Source: Bacillus sp. V59.32b (lineage in GTDB: Bacteria > Bacillota > Bacilli > Bacillales > DSM-1321). From it: DNA of 40,000 bases. The DNA lies in assembly GCF_003429085.1 (NCBI RefSeq), contig NZ_QVTC01000003.1, positions 19,173 through 59,172 of the forward strand, read 5' to 3'. Position numbers and translations under genes: made by a program. This document shows positions 28,178 through 37,756 of this stretch, in pieces. Position 1 is the stretch's first letter; each line of letters starts with the position of its first letter. Under the pieces are notes generated by a model that did no database searches, was not told the origin of the DNA, and saw only the letters and a program-made list of their open reading frames with translations.

Positions 28178-31100
28178 ATGAAACGGACTGATTTTGACAT
28201 TCTTGCTGAAGAAATATTAACGCAAATAGAAATGAAGGAAAACCAGTTACTCGAATGGGGATTTATTGGAGGTGGGATTGATGCAGAAGAGGAAATAAGG
28301 ACTCTTCTGCTCAACCCTCCTACTTCTTTATTGGAAGAGTTGATTGGCGGATTAGGCATTACTGAAGGGGACACTTTTCGAATTTTGAATAATTTAGTGG
28401 ATAGGAAACTATTATTCCAACTAAATCCGAAGCATTTATATCGCTCACGTTTTGCTGAGACGATTCGGTTGCTCTATTTATTAAAGCAGCGCTTTACCCA
28501 TGAAGATTGGCACACGGGGAAAAACCTTGTGAGCAACATCAAGCCTATGCTTTCTTACAGAAAATATCCTCGCCGAAATATCACCTTGACTTCCATTAAT
28601 GAAGAATTAAATTCGGTGATTGGAATTTCCAATATCCATAGAAAAGTTGTTTCAACATTACTTAAAGGTGGAGAATTGTTTCTCTCACAATTCCAAATGG
28701 ATTCAATGGTACGGATTTTGAATCAATCCCGAAGTAAATTTGATTCAGGCACTGTTATTGGAGCCGGAACGGGTTCCGGAAAAACGAAATCTTTTTACAT
28801 ACCAGCTTTTGCATCTCTTATTGAGGCAGTTACAAAGGATCAAACCAATTGGACAAAAATCATTGGTCTTTATCCTCGTGTTGAGCTATTAAAGGACCAA
28901 TACCGTGAAGCGTTATCAGAAATTCTGGCATTAAATTCACTTTGCAGGGAATTTGGAATTCGTCCCCTGACCATAGGTGGTTTATTTGGTGATACACCAA
29001 AAGTTGCAAAGGATGTACAAAGCCATAAAGATCGCAAATGGGATAAAACACTAAAAGGGTATGAATCACCGTTTTTTATATGTCCAGAATGTTCCCACCC
29101 GATGGTTTGGCGGGAAGAAGATGTTGAAGAACAAGTTGAAAGGTTGCATTGTTCCGAGTGTAAAATGGTAATAGGGGAGGAGAATATCGTCCTGACAAGG
29201 GACAGAATGAACCGGACTGCACCTGACATCCTCTTTACTACAACTGAGATGATAAACAAAAAGACACCCAACTCATTTGAAAATCAATTATTCGGTGTCT
29301 ATGCACAAAAGCCGCCAATGTTGGTCCTGCTTGATGAAGTTCATATATACGAAGGCATTACTGGAGCACATGTGGCATATTTGCTTAGACGCTTGAAACA
29401 CTTGATAAAACAGTGGCACCCAAACCGTGGAATCCAGTTTGTAGGTCTATCAGCTACATTGTCAAACCCAAGCTCCTTCTTTTCTCAATTAGTTGGTTTA
29501 GAAGAAAAATACATTGAATACATAACACCGCAGGAGAAAGATTTAATGTCTGAAGGGATTGAATACAATATGGTAGTCCGCGGGGACCCGTTTTCAGCTG
29601 CTTCTCTTTTGTCGACATCTGTCCAGACTGCCATGTTATTAGGCCGGATGCTGGATCCGATTAACACGAATGTTTCAAAAGGCGCCTACGGTTCGAAGTT
29701 ATTTGGTTTTACCGACAAATTGGATGTTATTAACAGGTGGTTCCATATCGAATTGGATGCTGAACGGGAAAAAAATTTGAGCAAGCTTCGTGATCAGGGA
29801 GAAATCAGGAGAGAAATCAAAGGCAATCCTAATTTGACCGAGCGATATAAGGCAGGACAATTATGGCTTGCTCCAAATCAAATTGATGAACGGGCTTTAA
29901 AAACCCCATTGGACGTTGACATTACATCGTCCCAATATAAAGGAGTAAGTGAAAAAGCAAAACTTGTCATTGCAACTAGTACATTGGAAGTCGGCTATAA
30001 CGATCCAAAGGTAGGCGGAGTAATCCAGCATAAAGCTCCAAGAAATTTGGCTTCTTTCATGCAAAGGAAAGGCCGGGCAGGCCGTGTCAGGGGGATGAGG
30101 CCTTGGATGGTCGTTATTTCATCTGCCTACGGCCGTGACCGTTTCATTTATGATTACCCTGAGTTATATTTCCAGCCTAATTTAAATGAAATGTATTTGC
30201 CAATCCAAAATTCAAATGTAATCAAGATACAAATGTTGTTTGCGTTTATGGAATGGTTAATGGACCGTTTTTATAAGCAGTCAAAACTGCTTGATGTCAG
30301 GGACAAGTTAAGTGCAAAAGGATATGTCCGAAACCCGAATTATTCCGAACTCATTTTATCGATTGTGAGACAAGTGCTTGAAGGAAACGATCAGGATTTG
30401 GTGGAATATTGGCAGAAATCACTCCAACTTGACGCAAAAACTCTTACAAGGATAGCCTGGAGCGAACCGAGGTCGTTCTTTTTTGATGTTTTACCTACTT
30501 TGTATACGCAGCTGAAAGAGCATTTTTCATTCATTGATGAAGAAGAACGTTCGAACGATCCGTTTGTCGGTTATATCCCAAGGACATTGTTCTCGTCATT
30601 GGACATTTCCGAACTGGCCCTTCACATTCCCAACTCGAACAAGGTAAATCATCAACCTCTGGTTCAAGGGATTATGGAGTTTGCACCTGGCAACGTTTCG
30701 AAAAGGTATGTTAATGTGTACAAAATGAAAGAGGCTCATTGGCTTCCAGTTGGAACGGATGGAATTGTAGATGTAAAATCTGGCGTAATGAATTCCCGAT
30801 TGATTGAAACTCTTCAGGTAGAAGGACAGAGCATTCCGGTTTTCGAACCAGTTTCTATTAACCTGGAAAGCATCCCGTTTTCTGTTTCTGACAGATCATC
30901 TGGAAAATATAATTGGAAACTGGATATTAAGCCAATAAAAAATACGTTCCAGAACAAAATAGAATTTCCAATCCAAAGTTCTCTAAGGTCTGTATTCGAT
31001 AAGGTCGAGTACTTCACAAGTGATGAGCACAATTACACAAAACTCACGAGATTTGCAATCAATGGTGAAGGAGTTCAAAAATCCAGTAAAGGGGAAGAGA

Positions 31101-32638
31101 CACCTTTTGTATCCAGATTCGAATACCAAGGCAAGGACTGCGCACTCGGATTCCAACGCTATGTTGACTCAATTATGTTCGATTTACAAACAGTGGATAC
31201 AAATAGATTATTGGATGCGCCGCTTGCTCAACAAATCATCTCGGTCTCAAAACCTGCTTTTTTTGATTATTTATTAATGACTGACCCGGAAGTTTCCCAA
31301 AGGCTAAATGTTTTTCAACGCGGTTGGCTGGCCCAAATTGCCCTATCTTCCGTCATGGCAATTTGCATTAGCAAAAAAGTTACGATGAAGAATGCAATAG
31401 AAATTTACAAAAAAGACCTTGCCGGCATTTCAAAAAGAACGCTCGAAGCAATCTTCCTTTCCACGATTGCCAAAGATGAGGATGATCAGGCTACAACTTC
31501 AAACGATCCAAAAGTAAAAAAGAACCTTCAGTCCTTCATTGAAGATTCTTCGTTAATGGATTGTATCCTTAAGCATATCGAATCACTTGAAGGTGACCTG
31601 AAAGACAACAGACAATTCCACCACTGGATGCAATTAACCATCATTGATTCAATGGCAGCGGCACTTAAAGCAGCCCTTGAGGAAATGCTTCCTGACGTTA
31701 ATACCGAAGATACCAATATCGACGTCATCGGGAACCGTATATTGATATCTGAAACAGAATCAGGCGGATTAGGGATCATCACAAAAATTGTTTCATCGCT
31801 AAAAAACAATCCCGCTGTATTCGAAGAATTAATTTTAAGCAATATTAATAATTGCCAAAGACATATGATTGCTTCTTCTATAAAATCCGTTTTAAACCAT
31901 ATTGAGGATAACAACCTTTCAGACTTAATAGAAAAAATACGCGAGGAACAACGTGTTGAATTCCAGCAGGAATATCTGGGGAAATTGCAGTCCCTTCTTG
32001 ACCAACTTGGCATACCTCCGAAAAGGGATCTTATTATGGCTATGTCGAGCAAGTTTTTCCGCAGCAACCGCTCTGCAAAGACCGATTTGTTTATGAAGGA
32101 AATACATGAAGACTGGGAAAATGAAGAAGATAGATTGAAATTTCATATTCAACCAAATGTCTTTTCTGTAGCAAGTTTGAAACGGGAAGAAATGGACACA
32201 AGGTTAAGGGGCCTTATGGAAGATGCAAATCTTCAGTTAACAACTGAAAGGCAAACTTTTTTATTCCTAGAATCCTTTTTAGTACATGATTGCCACGATT
32301 CCTGCCCGGAATGTTTGAATATATATAGTTCCTTCCAGTCATTCCTTAAACCATCAAGGTTATTGTTAAAAGCATTGGTGAAACCAACACATGAGATACT
32401 GCATTATCCAAGCCCTGACTTTTTTGAAGAAGCAACAAAGACTCTTGAGTTAGAAAAACGATTGCGGATTGTTCTATCGACTATGGAAAAGAAGGCATTC
32501 CAGACTGAATTATTCCGTTTATTCCATACTCCAATAGAATTTAAATTCCAATTGTATTATCCATTTTTAGAAAGAGTGACGAATAATGGGGATAATTGGT
32601 TTTATGACGTGAGTGTTAGGGAGGTGTCATATGTCTAA
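28178..32638 (+). CDS. dpdJ: 1486-aa DEAD/DEAH-box helicase with a Zn-ribbon insertion and a C-terminal Cys cluster (DpdJ-like)
   Basis: GAGTGSGKT (28760-28786), LLDEVH (DEVH at 29333-29344), GLSATL, TSTLEVGYND, and QRKGRAGR. There is an inserted CPEC...CSEC ribbon between motifs I and II, and a C-terminal CHDSCPEC (MrfA/DUF1998-like). Confidence 0.8.
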   Translation: MKRTDFDILAEEILTQIEMKENQLLEWGFIGGGIDAEEEIRTLLLNPPTSLLEELIGGLGITEGDTFRILNNLVDRKLLFQLNPKHLYRSRFAETIRLLYLLKQRFTHEDWHTGKNLVSNIKPMLSYRKYPRRNITLTSINEELNSVIGISNIHRKVVSTLLKGGELFLSQFQMDSMVRILNQSRSKFDSGTVIGAGTGSGKTKSFYIPAFASLIEAVTKDQTNWTKIIGLYPRVELLKDQYREALSEILALNSLCREFGIRPLTIGGLFGDTPKVAKDVQSHKDRKWDKTLKGYESPFFICPECSHPMVWREEDVEEQVERLHCSECKMVIGEENIVLTRDRMNRTAPDILFTTTEMINKKTPNSFENQLFGVYAQKPPMLVLLDEVHIYEGITGAHVAYLLRRLKHLIKQWHPNRGIQFVGLSATLSNPSSFFSQLVGLEEKYIEYITPQEKDLMSEGIEYNMVVRGDPFSAASLLSTSVQTAMLLGRMLDPINTNVSKGAYGSKLFGFTDKLDVINRWFHIELDAEREKNLSKLRDQGEIRREIKGNPNLTERYKAGQLWLAPNQIDERALKTPLDVDITSSQYKGVSEKAKLVIATSTLEVGYNDPKVGGVIQHKAPRNLASFMQRKGRAGRVRGMRPWMVVISSAYGRDRFIYDYPELYFQPNLNEMYLPIQNSNVIKIQMLFAFMEWLMDRFYKQSKLLDVRDKLSAKGYVRNPNYSELILSIVRQVLEGNDQDLVEYWQKSLQLDAKTLTRIAWSEPRSFFFDVLPTLYTQLKEHFSFIDEEERSNDPFVGYIPRTLFSSLDISELALHIPNSNKVNHQPLVQGIMEFAPGNVSKRYVNVYKMKEAHWLPVGTDGIVDVKSGVMNSRLIETLQVEGQSIPVFEPVSINLESIPFSVSDRSSGKYNWKLDIKPIKNTFQNKIEFPIQSSLRSVFDKVEYFTSDEHNYTKLTRFAINGEGVQKSSKGEETPFVSRFEYQGKDCALGFQRYVDSIMFDLQTVDTNRLLDAPLAQQIISVSKPAFFDYLLMTDPEVSQRLNVFQRGWLAQIALSSVMAICISKKVTMKNAIEIYKKDLAGISKRTLEAIFLSTIAKDEDDQATTSNDPKVKKNLQSFIEDSSLMDCILKHIESLEGDLKDNRQFHHWMQLTIIDSMAAALKAALEEMLPDVNTEDTNIDVIGNRILISETESGGLGIITKIVSSLKNNPAVFEELILSNINNCQRHMIASSIKSVLNHIEDNNLSDLIEKIREEQRVEFQQEYLGKLQSLLDQLGIPPKRDLIMAMSSKFFRSNRSAKTDLFMKEIHEDWENEEDRLKFHIQPNVFSVASLKREEMDTRLRGLMEDANLQLTTERQTFLFLESFLVHDCHDSCPECLNIYSSFQSFLKPSRLLLKALVKPTHEILHYPSPDFFEEATKTLELEKRLRIVLSTMEKKAFQTELFRLFHTPIEFKFQLYYPFLERVTNNGDNWFYDVSVREVSYV

Positions 32639-33137
32639 TCGGATTATTCGTTCATTTGGGGGAAGCACTGTCCTTAGGGATTATTTAGTCTCATTGTTTG
32701 TAGCAGAAGCAATGAATCCAAGCCCGGAATTGTATTTGATTTCACCATTCTTAAGCAATTCGCCTTTGATTGAGAACAGGAATAATCAGTATACAGATGT
32801 ATTTCCTTTGATTAAGTCCAAAACAATTTACCTTTCAGATATCCTTTCCACTTTAGCGTGGAAAGGAGTTTCAGTCAGAGTCATTTGTGACAATGATCGT
32901 GACGAAACGAAGCCGTTAATAGATGCACTTTATCATCAGGTAAAGTTCAGAAAGTTGGAACAAAACCATGATAAAGGGTTAGTATCCAACAATGTCTTTG
33001 TCCATGGTTCAATGAACTTTACGTACAGCGGTATCTATTTGAACAAGGAAAGTTTAAGGACAACAACTGAATTATCAGAAATAAATGAAGCTCTTATTTC
33101 ATTTAGGCAGCGTTGGGAGGAGTCGAAAATTATATGA
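32631..33137 (+). CDS. dpdK: PLD-family (HKD) nuclease-like protein (DpdK-like)
   Basis: A single HKD-type motif, HDKGLVSNNVFVHGSMNFTYSG (HDK at 32967-32975). ATG 32631 follows AGGGAGGTG and overlaps the dpdJ-like stop by 8 nt. Confidence 0.75.
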   Translation: MSNRIIRSFGGSTVLRDYLVSLFVAEAMNPSPELYLISPFLSNSPLIENRNNQYTDVFPLIKSKTIYLSDILSTLAWKGVSVRVICDNDRDETKPLIDALYHQVKFRKLEQNHDKGLVSNNVFVHGSMNFTYSGIYLNKESLRTTTELSEINEALISFRQRWEESKII

Positions 33138-35395
33138 ATACCTCAAGAATAGAATTCCTGCGCTTTTTACTAAAAATGAGTGAAGCCGACTATAAATCCA
33201 AAGAAATAAATGGACAATTTTTTGTGGACCAGTCTATTTTTCAAGAAATGGTCAATCGCTTAACAGAAGGACTAACAGCTATTTTGCCTTTTCAAAACAA
33301 GGGTGAGACAGTATGGCTTTGCTTACAAAGTGATGAGCAAACTTTAACATTTGATTATTCATCGTTAAAAAAGTTCATTTCCCCATACAACATAGATGAC
33401 GTTGTCCTAAAGCGCATGTTTGTAAGAGACACTTCAGAGCTTGGTCGTCTGGGCAGCGACTTGTTTCCGAACGGGTATTATATGTTCAAAACAAGCAATG
33501 CTGATGTAAATAAAATTTGGGAATTACTTAAACTTTGGTTGATAGTGTTAAACAGAAAACCTACAATTAAATGGCAGGAATCGGTCATAAATGCTTATAC
33601 ATTAAGAAATAAATTTAGAAATCATCTTGGGATGATGGAATGGGCGGAAGCGGAGCAAACATTAAATGTAATCCGTGACGGCCACTATGTTTCGGATGAA
33701 AATTTCTTATTTCTGTATGTAGAATTGTTATCGGCCCAGAGCAAATGGAAAGATATCTGGTATTGGAAAGAATTCGAAACCTTATCCGGTCTGCAGAGAC
33801 TTCCCAAAGAAGTTAAAGAAGCAATGTTATCTGCATTTTATTTTGTCAATTTGGCAGATGATGAAGTGAACAATGATTTTGAAAAGAGTTTTCAAAAGTT
33901 TACTGCTAATCGTTTTCGACTGAGTACTTTATTGCATAGTCATCTCGGAATAATGGGCGACCATATTTACCGGATTTTTGCTTATCAATCTACATTTGAG
34001 CAAAACCTTGAAAAACTTTATTTCATAAAAGATCAGGTTAGAGACGATGAGACTTTAAATTTAATCTGTTATTTAGAAACAAAGTTTTCTGAAAATCCTG
34101 TTCGTGTTTTACCTCCAAGTGTATCGTCTGAGGAAAGAGCAAAACAATTTCTGATAAATCGTCAATACGATGATGCATATTTAGCCTTAAAAGATTGCGA
34201 TAATTCAAAAGAAAAAGTGGGTATGTTATCTGTTCTAGGTTTCGAGACCGGATCAAGTGAGATCCAGAATGAAACCTATCAACTGTTTTTAGAACTTCCT
34301 AAAGCAGCGCAAGATAGTTTATCAAAAGATAATAAAACAAAGAATTACATTCTCTTTATTAAAATGACGAATGAGGGAATACAAAAAAAGGCTCGTCAAG
34401 AAGACATAAAATATACTTGGAACCATTGGTTTCTAAAAGTTTTAGAAACAGATACCGAATCATTTGATCCGTTGTTTGAAGTTTTATATGACCAGGAGAA
34501 ACTTCCCTTGTTTATTTGGTCGCCTTCAATGGTAGTGGAATTAAGTAATATTGTTTTGGAAGTAGCATTGTCAACTTTAGATTCAAAAAAAACTGTAGTA
34601 CTTAATGAAGGAATTATAATCTTTATTTCTGAATTAATCCGTGATAAAGAATTTCCGCGGACAATTGCAGCAGATTTATACGCTGATTCAGTTGAACTTC
34701 TTTTGCTTCATTGTAATAAGAATAAAATTAATACGAATCATTTAAACCGTCTTTTCGAGGGCTTGCTTCAGATCAATGTGGTTGAAATTGATAAGTATTG
34801 GCACTGGGCAAGCCAATGGTATTCCATTACTCCAATGAATATTATGATTCCCAACCTTTTATTTACGCTTGAGCTGTTTTGTGATTATGGTCAGAAGTTG
34901 GAGGATTTAAGCAACGTTTGGAACCAATGGACTTCCACACTGTTAAATGGAATATCAACGTTATCAGACATAGAAATTATTGATTGGGTAAAGATTGGCC
35001 AAATTATCGGTGGGGAAAAGTTTTTAATTAATAAAGTGCAAGATTTAGTTGAAAATGAAATAACTGAAATAGAAGAACTGGAATTAGCGCCAGTAACCTC
35101 CATAGTGATTTTTACATTAAGAGAAAATGCGGCCAGACGTGCAGCTGAACAACTTGTGATGAGAAATCCTAATTTAAAGATCCGCATAAATATGGATACT
35201 CATCTAACAACACAGGCAAAAAGCCTTGCAAGTTCCTCGGATGTTGTTGTTCTTGTTACTACAGCAATGAAACATGCTTTGTACTACGGAATTACTCCAT
35301 ATATAAAAAACGAGCCGGTTTATCCTAGTTCATCGGGCACATCAAGTATTGTTGTCGAGATAGAAAAATACTTTAAAAGCTTAGTAACAATTTAA
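33134..35395 (+). CDS. 753-aa protein of unknown function, last gene of the operon
   Basis: The ATG overlaps the PLD gene's stop (ATGA), with RBS GGGAGGAG. Mostly helical-looking. The C-terminal ~110 aa (IVIFTLRENAARR...SSSDVVVLVTTAMKHALYYGI) faintly resemble a small Rossmann-like DUF2325-type module (memory-level impression only). Confidence 0.6.
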   Translation: MNTSRIEFLRFLLKMSEADYKSKEINGQFFVDQSIFQEMVNRLTEGLTAILPFQNKGETVWLCLQSDEQTLTFDYSSLKKFISPYNIDDVVLKRMFVRDTSELGRLGSDLFPNGYYMFKTSNADVNKIWELLKLWLIVLNRKPTIKWQESVINAYTLRNKFRNHLGMMEWAEAEQTLNVIRDGHYVSDENFLFLYVELLSAQSKWKDIWYWKEFETLSGLQRLPKEVKEAMLSAFYFVNLADDEVNNDFEKSFQKFTANRFRLSTLLHSHLGIMGDHIYRIFAYQSTFEQNLEKLYFIKDQVRDDETLNLICYLETKFSENPVRVLPPSVSSEERAKQFLINRQYDDAYLALKDCDNSKEKVGMLSVLGFETGSSEIQNETYQLFLELPKAAQDSLSKDNKTKNYILFIKMTNEGIQKKARQEDIKYTWNHWFLKVLETDTESFDPLFEVLYDQEKLPLFIWSPSMVVELSNIVLEVALSTLDSKKTVVLNEGIIIFISELIRDKEFPRTIAADLYADSVELLLLHCNKNKINTNHLNRLFEGLLQINVVEIDKYWHWASQWYSITPMNIMIPNLLFTLELFCDYGQKLEDLSNVWNQWTSTLLNGISTLSDIEIIDWVKIGQIIGGEKFLINKVQDLVENEITEIEELELAPVTSIVIFTLRENAARRAAEQLVMRNPNLKIRINMDTHLTTQAKSLASSSDVVVLVTTAMKHALYYGITPYIKNEPVYPSSSGTSSIVVEIEKYFKSLVTI

Positions 35396-35431
35396 ATTCC
35401 ATTTTATCTCTAAAAATCGATAATAATACTG

Positions 35432-35462
35432 CTCTCTATTGCTTGAAAGAGGGCAATTTTTT
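35432..35462 (+). terminator. Rho-independent terminator ending the dpd-like operon
   Basis: CTCTCT (35432-35437) pairs with AGAGGG (35448-35453, one G-U), with a 10-nt loop, followed by CAATTTTTT. Confidence 0.6.
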
Positions 35463-35618
35463 ACTTATACAAGTTCTGGACATGAAAACCTGTGCCTGAA
35501 CAATAAAATTAAAATTTGCACATCGATAGTCAAGGTATCTCCCGGTATGTTACGACCATACTTATGAAGTACCATATAGGGATAGGGTAAGGAGGTATCG
35601 AAAAATGTCGAGAGAAAG

Positions 35619-35647
35619 GTGCAAAAATTATTAAATTAGTTTATAAT
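35619..35647 (+). promoter_or_regulatory. Candidate sigma-A promoter of the queCDE operon
   Basis: GTGCAA (35619-35624), a 17-nt spacer, then TATAAT (35642-35647). It lies about 30 nt upstream of the riboswitch aptamer. Confidence 0.4.
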
Positions 35648-35678
35648 AAATTATATAAAAAGTCCGCTATCAGGCGGT

Positions 35679-35712
35679 AGAGGTTCTAGCTACCCTCTCA
35701 AAAAAACTAAAG
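35679..35712 (+). promoter_or_regulatory. preQ1-I riboswitch aptamer
   Basis: AGAGGTTCTAGCTACCCTCTCAAAAAAACTAAAG is nearly identical to the B. subtilis queC preQ1-I aptamer as I remember it (AGAGGUUCUAGCUACACCCUCUAUAAAAAACUAA). P1 is AGAGG/CCTCT, followed by an A-rich tail with ACUAA. Confidence 0.85.
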
Positions 35713-35714
35713 AA

Positions 35715-35748
35715 AACGGTACTGCTTTCTTAGTAGTGCTGTTTTTTT
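35715..35748 (+). terminator. Riboswitch expression-platform terminator (attenuator)
   Basis: AACGGTACTGCT (35715-35726) pairs with AGTAGTGCTGTT (35732-35743) using three G-U wobbles, followed by a T run. It lies 19 nt upstream of the queC ATG. Confidence 0.65.
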
Positions 35749-35766
35749 GTCGAAGGGAGTAATAGT

Positions 35767-36429
35767 ATGTTAAAGGACGAAAAAGCTATAGTGGTTTTCA
35801 GCGGAGGACAGGACAGCACAACTTGCCTGTTTTGGGCAATGCAGCAATTTGGACATGTTACAGCGGTAACATTTAATTATAACCAACGGCATATTACTGA
35901 AATTGAATGTGCGAAAAACATTACAAAAGAGTTGGGCATCAAACATCATATCCTCGATATGAGCCTACTGAATCAGTTGGCCCCGAACGCTTTAACGCGA
36001 GAGGATATCGAAGTGAAGGATGCGGAGGACGGAGGGCTTCCTTCCACTTTTGTACCTGGGAGAAACCTATTATTCATGTCTTTTGCAGGAGTCCTTGCCA
36101 GTCAGATTGGAGCAAAGCATATTGTCACTGGAGTTTGTGAAACAGACTTCAGCGGCTATCCTGACTGCCGAGACATATTTATAAAGTCATTGAATGTTAC
36201 CTTGAACCTCTCTATGGATAACCAGTTTGTTATCCACACTCCATTAATGTGGTTGAATAAAGCCCAGACATGGGAGCAGGCTGATCAACTAGGGGCATTT
36301 GATTTTGTTCGTGAAAAAACATTGACATGTTATAACGGCATTGTGGCAGATGGATGTGGAGATTGCCCAGCGTGCAAACTGCGAAAAAAAGGTCTTGATG
36401 CCTACATCTCAGAAGGAAAGGGGCTGTAA
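35767..36429 (+). CDS. queC: 7-cyano-7-deazaguanine (preQ0) synthase QueC, canonical
   Basis: 220 aa with [12 protein letters not shown], the PP-loop. [10 protein letters not shown] and the C-terminal CYNG...[11 protein letters not shown] Zn site are also present. First gene behind the preQ1 riboswitch. Confidence 0.9.
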   Translation: MLKDEKAIVVFSGGQDSTTCLFWAMQQFGHVTAVTFNYNQRHITEIECAKNITKELGIKHHILDMSLLNQLAPNALTREDIEVKDAEDGGLPSTFVPGRNLLFMSFAGVLASQIGAKHIVTGVCETDFSGYPDCRDIFIKSLNVTLNLSMDNQFVIHTPLMWLNKAQTWEQADQLGAFDFVREKTLTCYNGIVADGCGDCPACKLRKKGLDAYISEGKGL

Positions 36430-36432
36430 ATC

Positions 36433-36915
36433 ATGTACGGATTTCGAATCGTCGATAAAATTCAAAAATTAGGAGAGGATATCAAGGACGACCAATTAAA
36501 ATACCACTCAAAGCGGGTCCTTGTCAGTAAGGAATTTACATTTGACGCAGCACACCATCTGCATAACTACGAAGGCAAATGCAAAAACCTGCACGGGCAC
36601 ACGTATCGTGTTATTTTTGGGATCAGTGGTTTTATTGATGACCGTGGATTAATGATTGATTTTGGTGACATTAAGGAAATCTGGAAAAATGAAATTGAAG
36701 TTTTCCTTGATCACAGATATCTGAATGAAACTCTACCGCCAATGAACACAACGGCTGAAAATATGGTTGTATGGATTTATGAAAAAATGGCAGAAGCACT
36801 GAAACAAGAAGATAGGGTAACCCAATATAACAGTGCCCGCATTGAATTTGTTAGATTGTTTGAAACTCCTACCAGTTACGCAGAAGCCAGAAGGGAGTGG
36901 ATGGAGATTGAGTAA
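36433..36915 (+). CDS. queD: 6-carboxy-5,6,7,8-tetrahydropterin synthase QueD
   Basis: 160 aa with FTFDAAHHL and CKNLHGHTY (PTPS/QueD His/Cys motifs), in the order queC-queD-queE. Confidence 0.9.
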   Translation: MYGFRIVDKIQKLGEDIKDDQLKYHSKRVLVSKEFTFDAAHHLHNYEGKCKNLHGHTYRVIFGISGFIDDRGLMIDFGDIKEIWKNEIEVFLDHRYLNETLPPMNTTAENMVVWIYEKMAEALKQEDRVTQYNSARIEFVRLFETPTSYAEARREWMEIE

Positions 36916-37630
36916 AATTCCTGTCATGGAGATTTTCGGTCCTACTATCCAAGGCGAAGGTATGGTGATCGGTCAAAAGACGATGTTTGTACGTACTGCT
37001 GGTTGTGACTATTCCTGTGCTTGGTGTGATTCTTCTTTTACATGGGATGGTACAGGAAAGGAATTAATCCGTCAGATGGAAGCAGAGGAAATTTGGAGAG
37101 AGCTAAAAGCAACTGGCGGAGACAGCTTTTCTTTTGTTACGATTTCCGGTGGCAATCCTGCTTTAATAAAAAATCTAACTGAACTAATTGCTATATTAAA
37201 AGAAAATAATATTAAAATCTGCTTGGAAACACAGGGTAGCCGGTGGCAGGAATGGTTTTATGAAATCGATGAATTAACCATTTCACCAAAACCTCCAAGT
37301 TCTAAAATGGACACCAATTTCGATTTACTTGATACTATTGTAGGCAACTTACAATCTGAAAAACAAAACTTTAGCCTTAAGGTAGTTATCTTTGACGAGC
37401 TAGATTATCAGTATGCTCGGAATGTCCATAAAAGGTATCCAAGTATTCCATTCTATCTTCAGGTTGGGAATGATAACATCACTACCAATGATAATACTAA
37501 TCTGGTGGCCCACCTGATCAAAAAATATGAAGATCTGATAAACAAAGTGATAATGGACACTGAATTAAATGACGTACGAGTTCTTCCACAACTTCATACC
37601 TTTGTTTGGGGAAATAAGAGGGGAGTTTAA
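36908..37630 (+). CDS. queE: 7-carboxy-7-deazaguanine synthase QueE (radical SAM, Bacillus type)
   Basis: IPVMEIFGPTIQGEGMVIGQKTMFVRTAGCDYSCAWCDS matches B. subtilis QueE, including the CxxxCxxC-like cluster. The start is probably TTG 36908 (after AAGGGAG, overlapping the queD stop) or ATG 36926. The track start at 36833 lies inside queD. Confidence 0.9.
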   Translation: MSKIPVMEIFGPTIQGEGMVIGQKTMFVRTAGCDYSCAWCDSSFTWDGTGKELIRQMEAEEIWRELKATGGDSFSFVTISGGNPALIKNLTELIAILKENNIKICLETQGSRWQEWFYEIDELTISPKPPSSKMDTNFDLLDTIVGNLQSEKQNFSLKVVIFDELDYQYARNVHKRYPSIPFYLQVGNDNITTNDNTNLVAHLIKKYEDLINKVIMDTELNDVRVLPQLHTFVWGNKRGV

Positions 37631-37645
37631 ATCTCCTCTTTTTAA
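37616..37645 (+). terminator. Rho-independent terminator overlapping the queE stop
   Basis: AAGAGGGGA (37616-37624) pairs with TCTCCTCTT (37632-37640, one G-U). The loop contains the TAA and is followed by TTTT. Confidence 0.6.
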
Positions 37646-37756
37646 ATTGAAAATTTTAAATTAAGATATCCATTTTGTTTTACAAGTCGAGAATTTAAAG
37701 TTAAATTAAAATAGAACTAATGTTCTTTTGGAAAATTCAAAGAAGGTGGGGAAAAT

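Noticed and set aside
14706-32152. Many 60-180-aa minus-strand ORFs in the track (for example 15837-16244, 22296-22733, 25861-26259, 28870-29271, 31528-32067), plus small same-strand alternate-frame ORFs.
   Set aside because: All lie inside long plus-strand genes with clear motifs. They have biased, low-complexity translations and no RBS. I treat them as frame shadows.
35605-35634. A 9-codon ORF (MSRERCKNY) behind a strong RBS (AAGGAGG), upstream of the queC promoter.
   Set aside because: It is too short to support. It is probably the start of a gene truncated when the island or operon junction formed, or a chance match.
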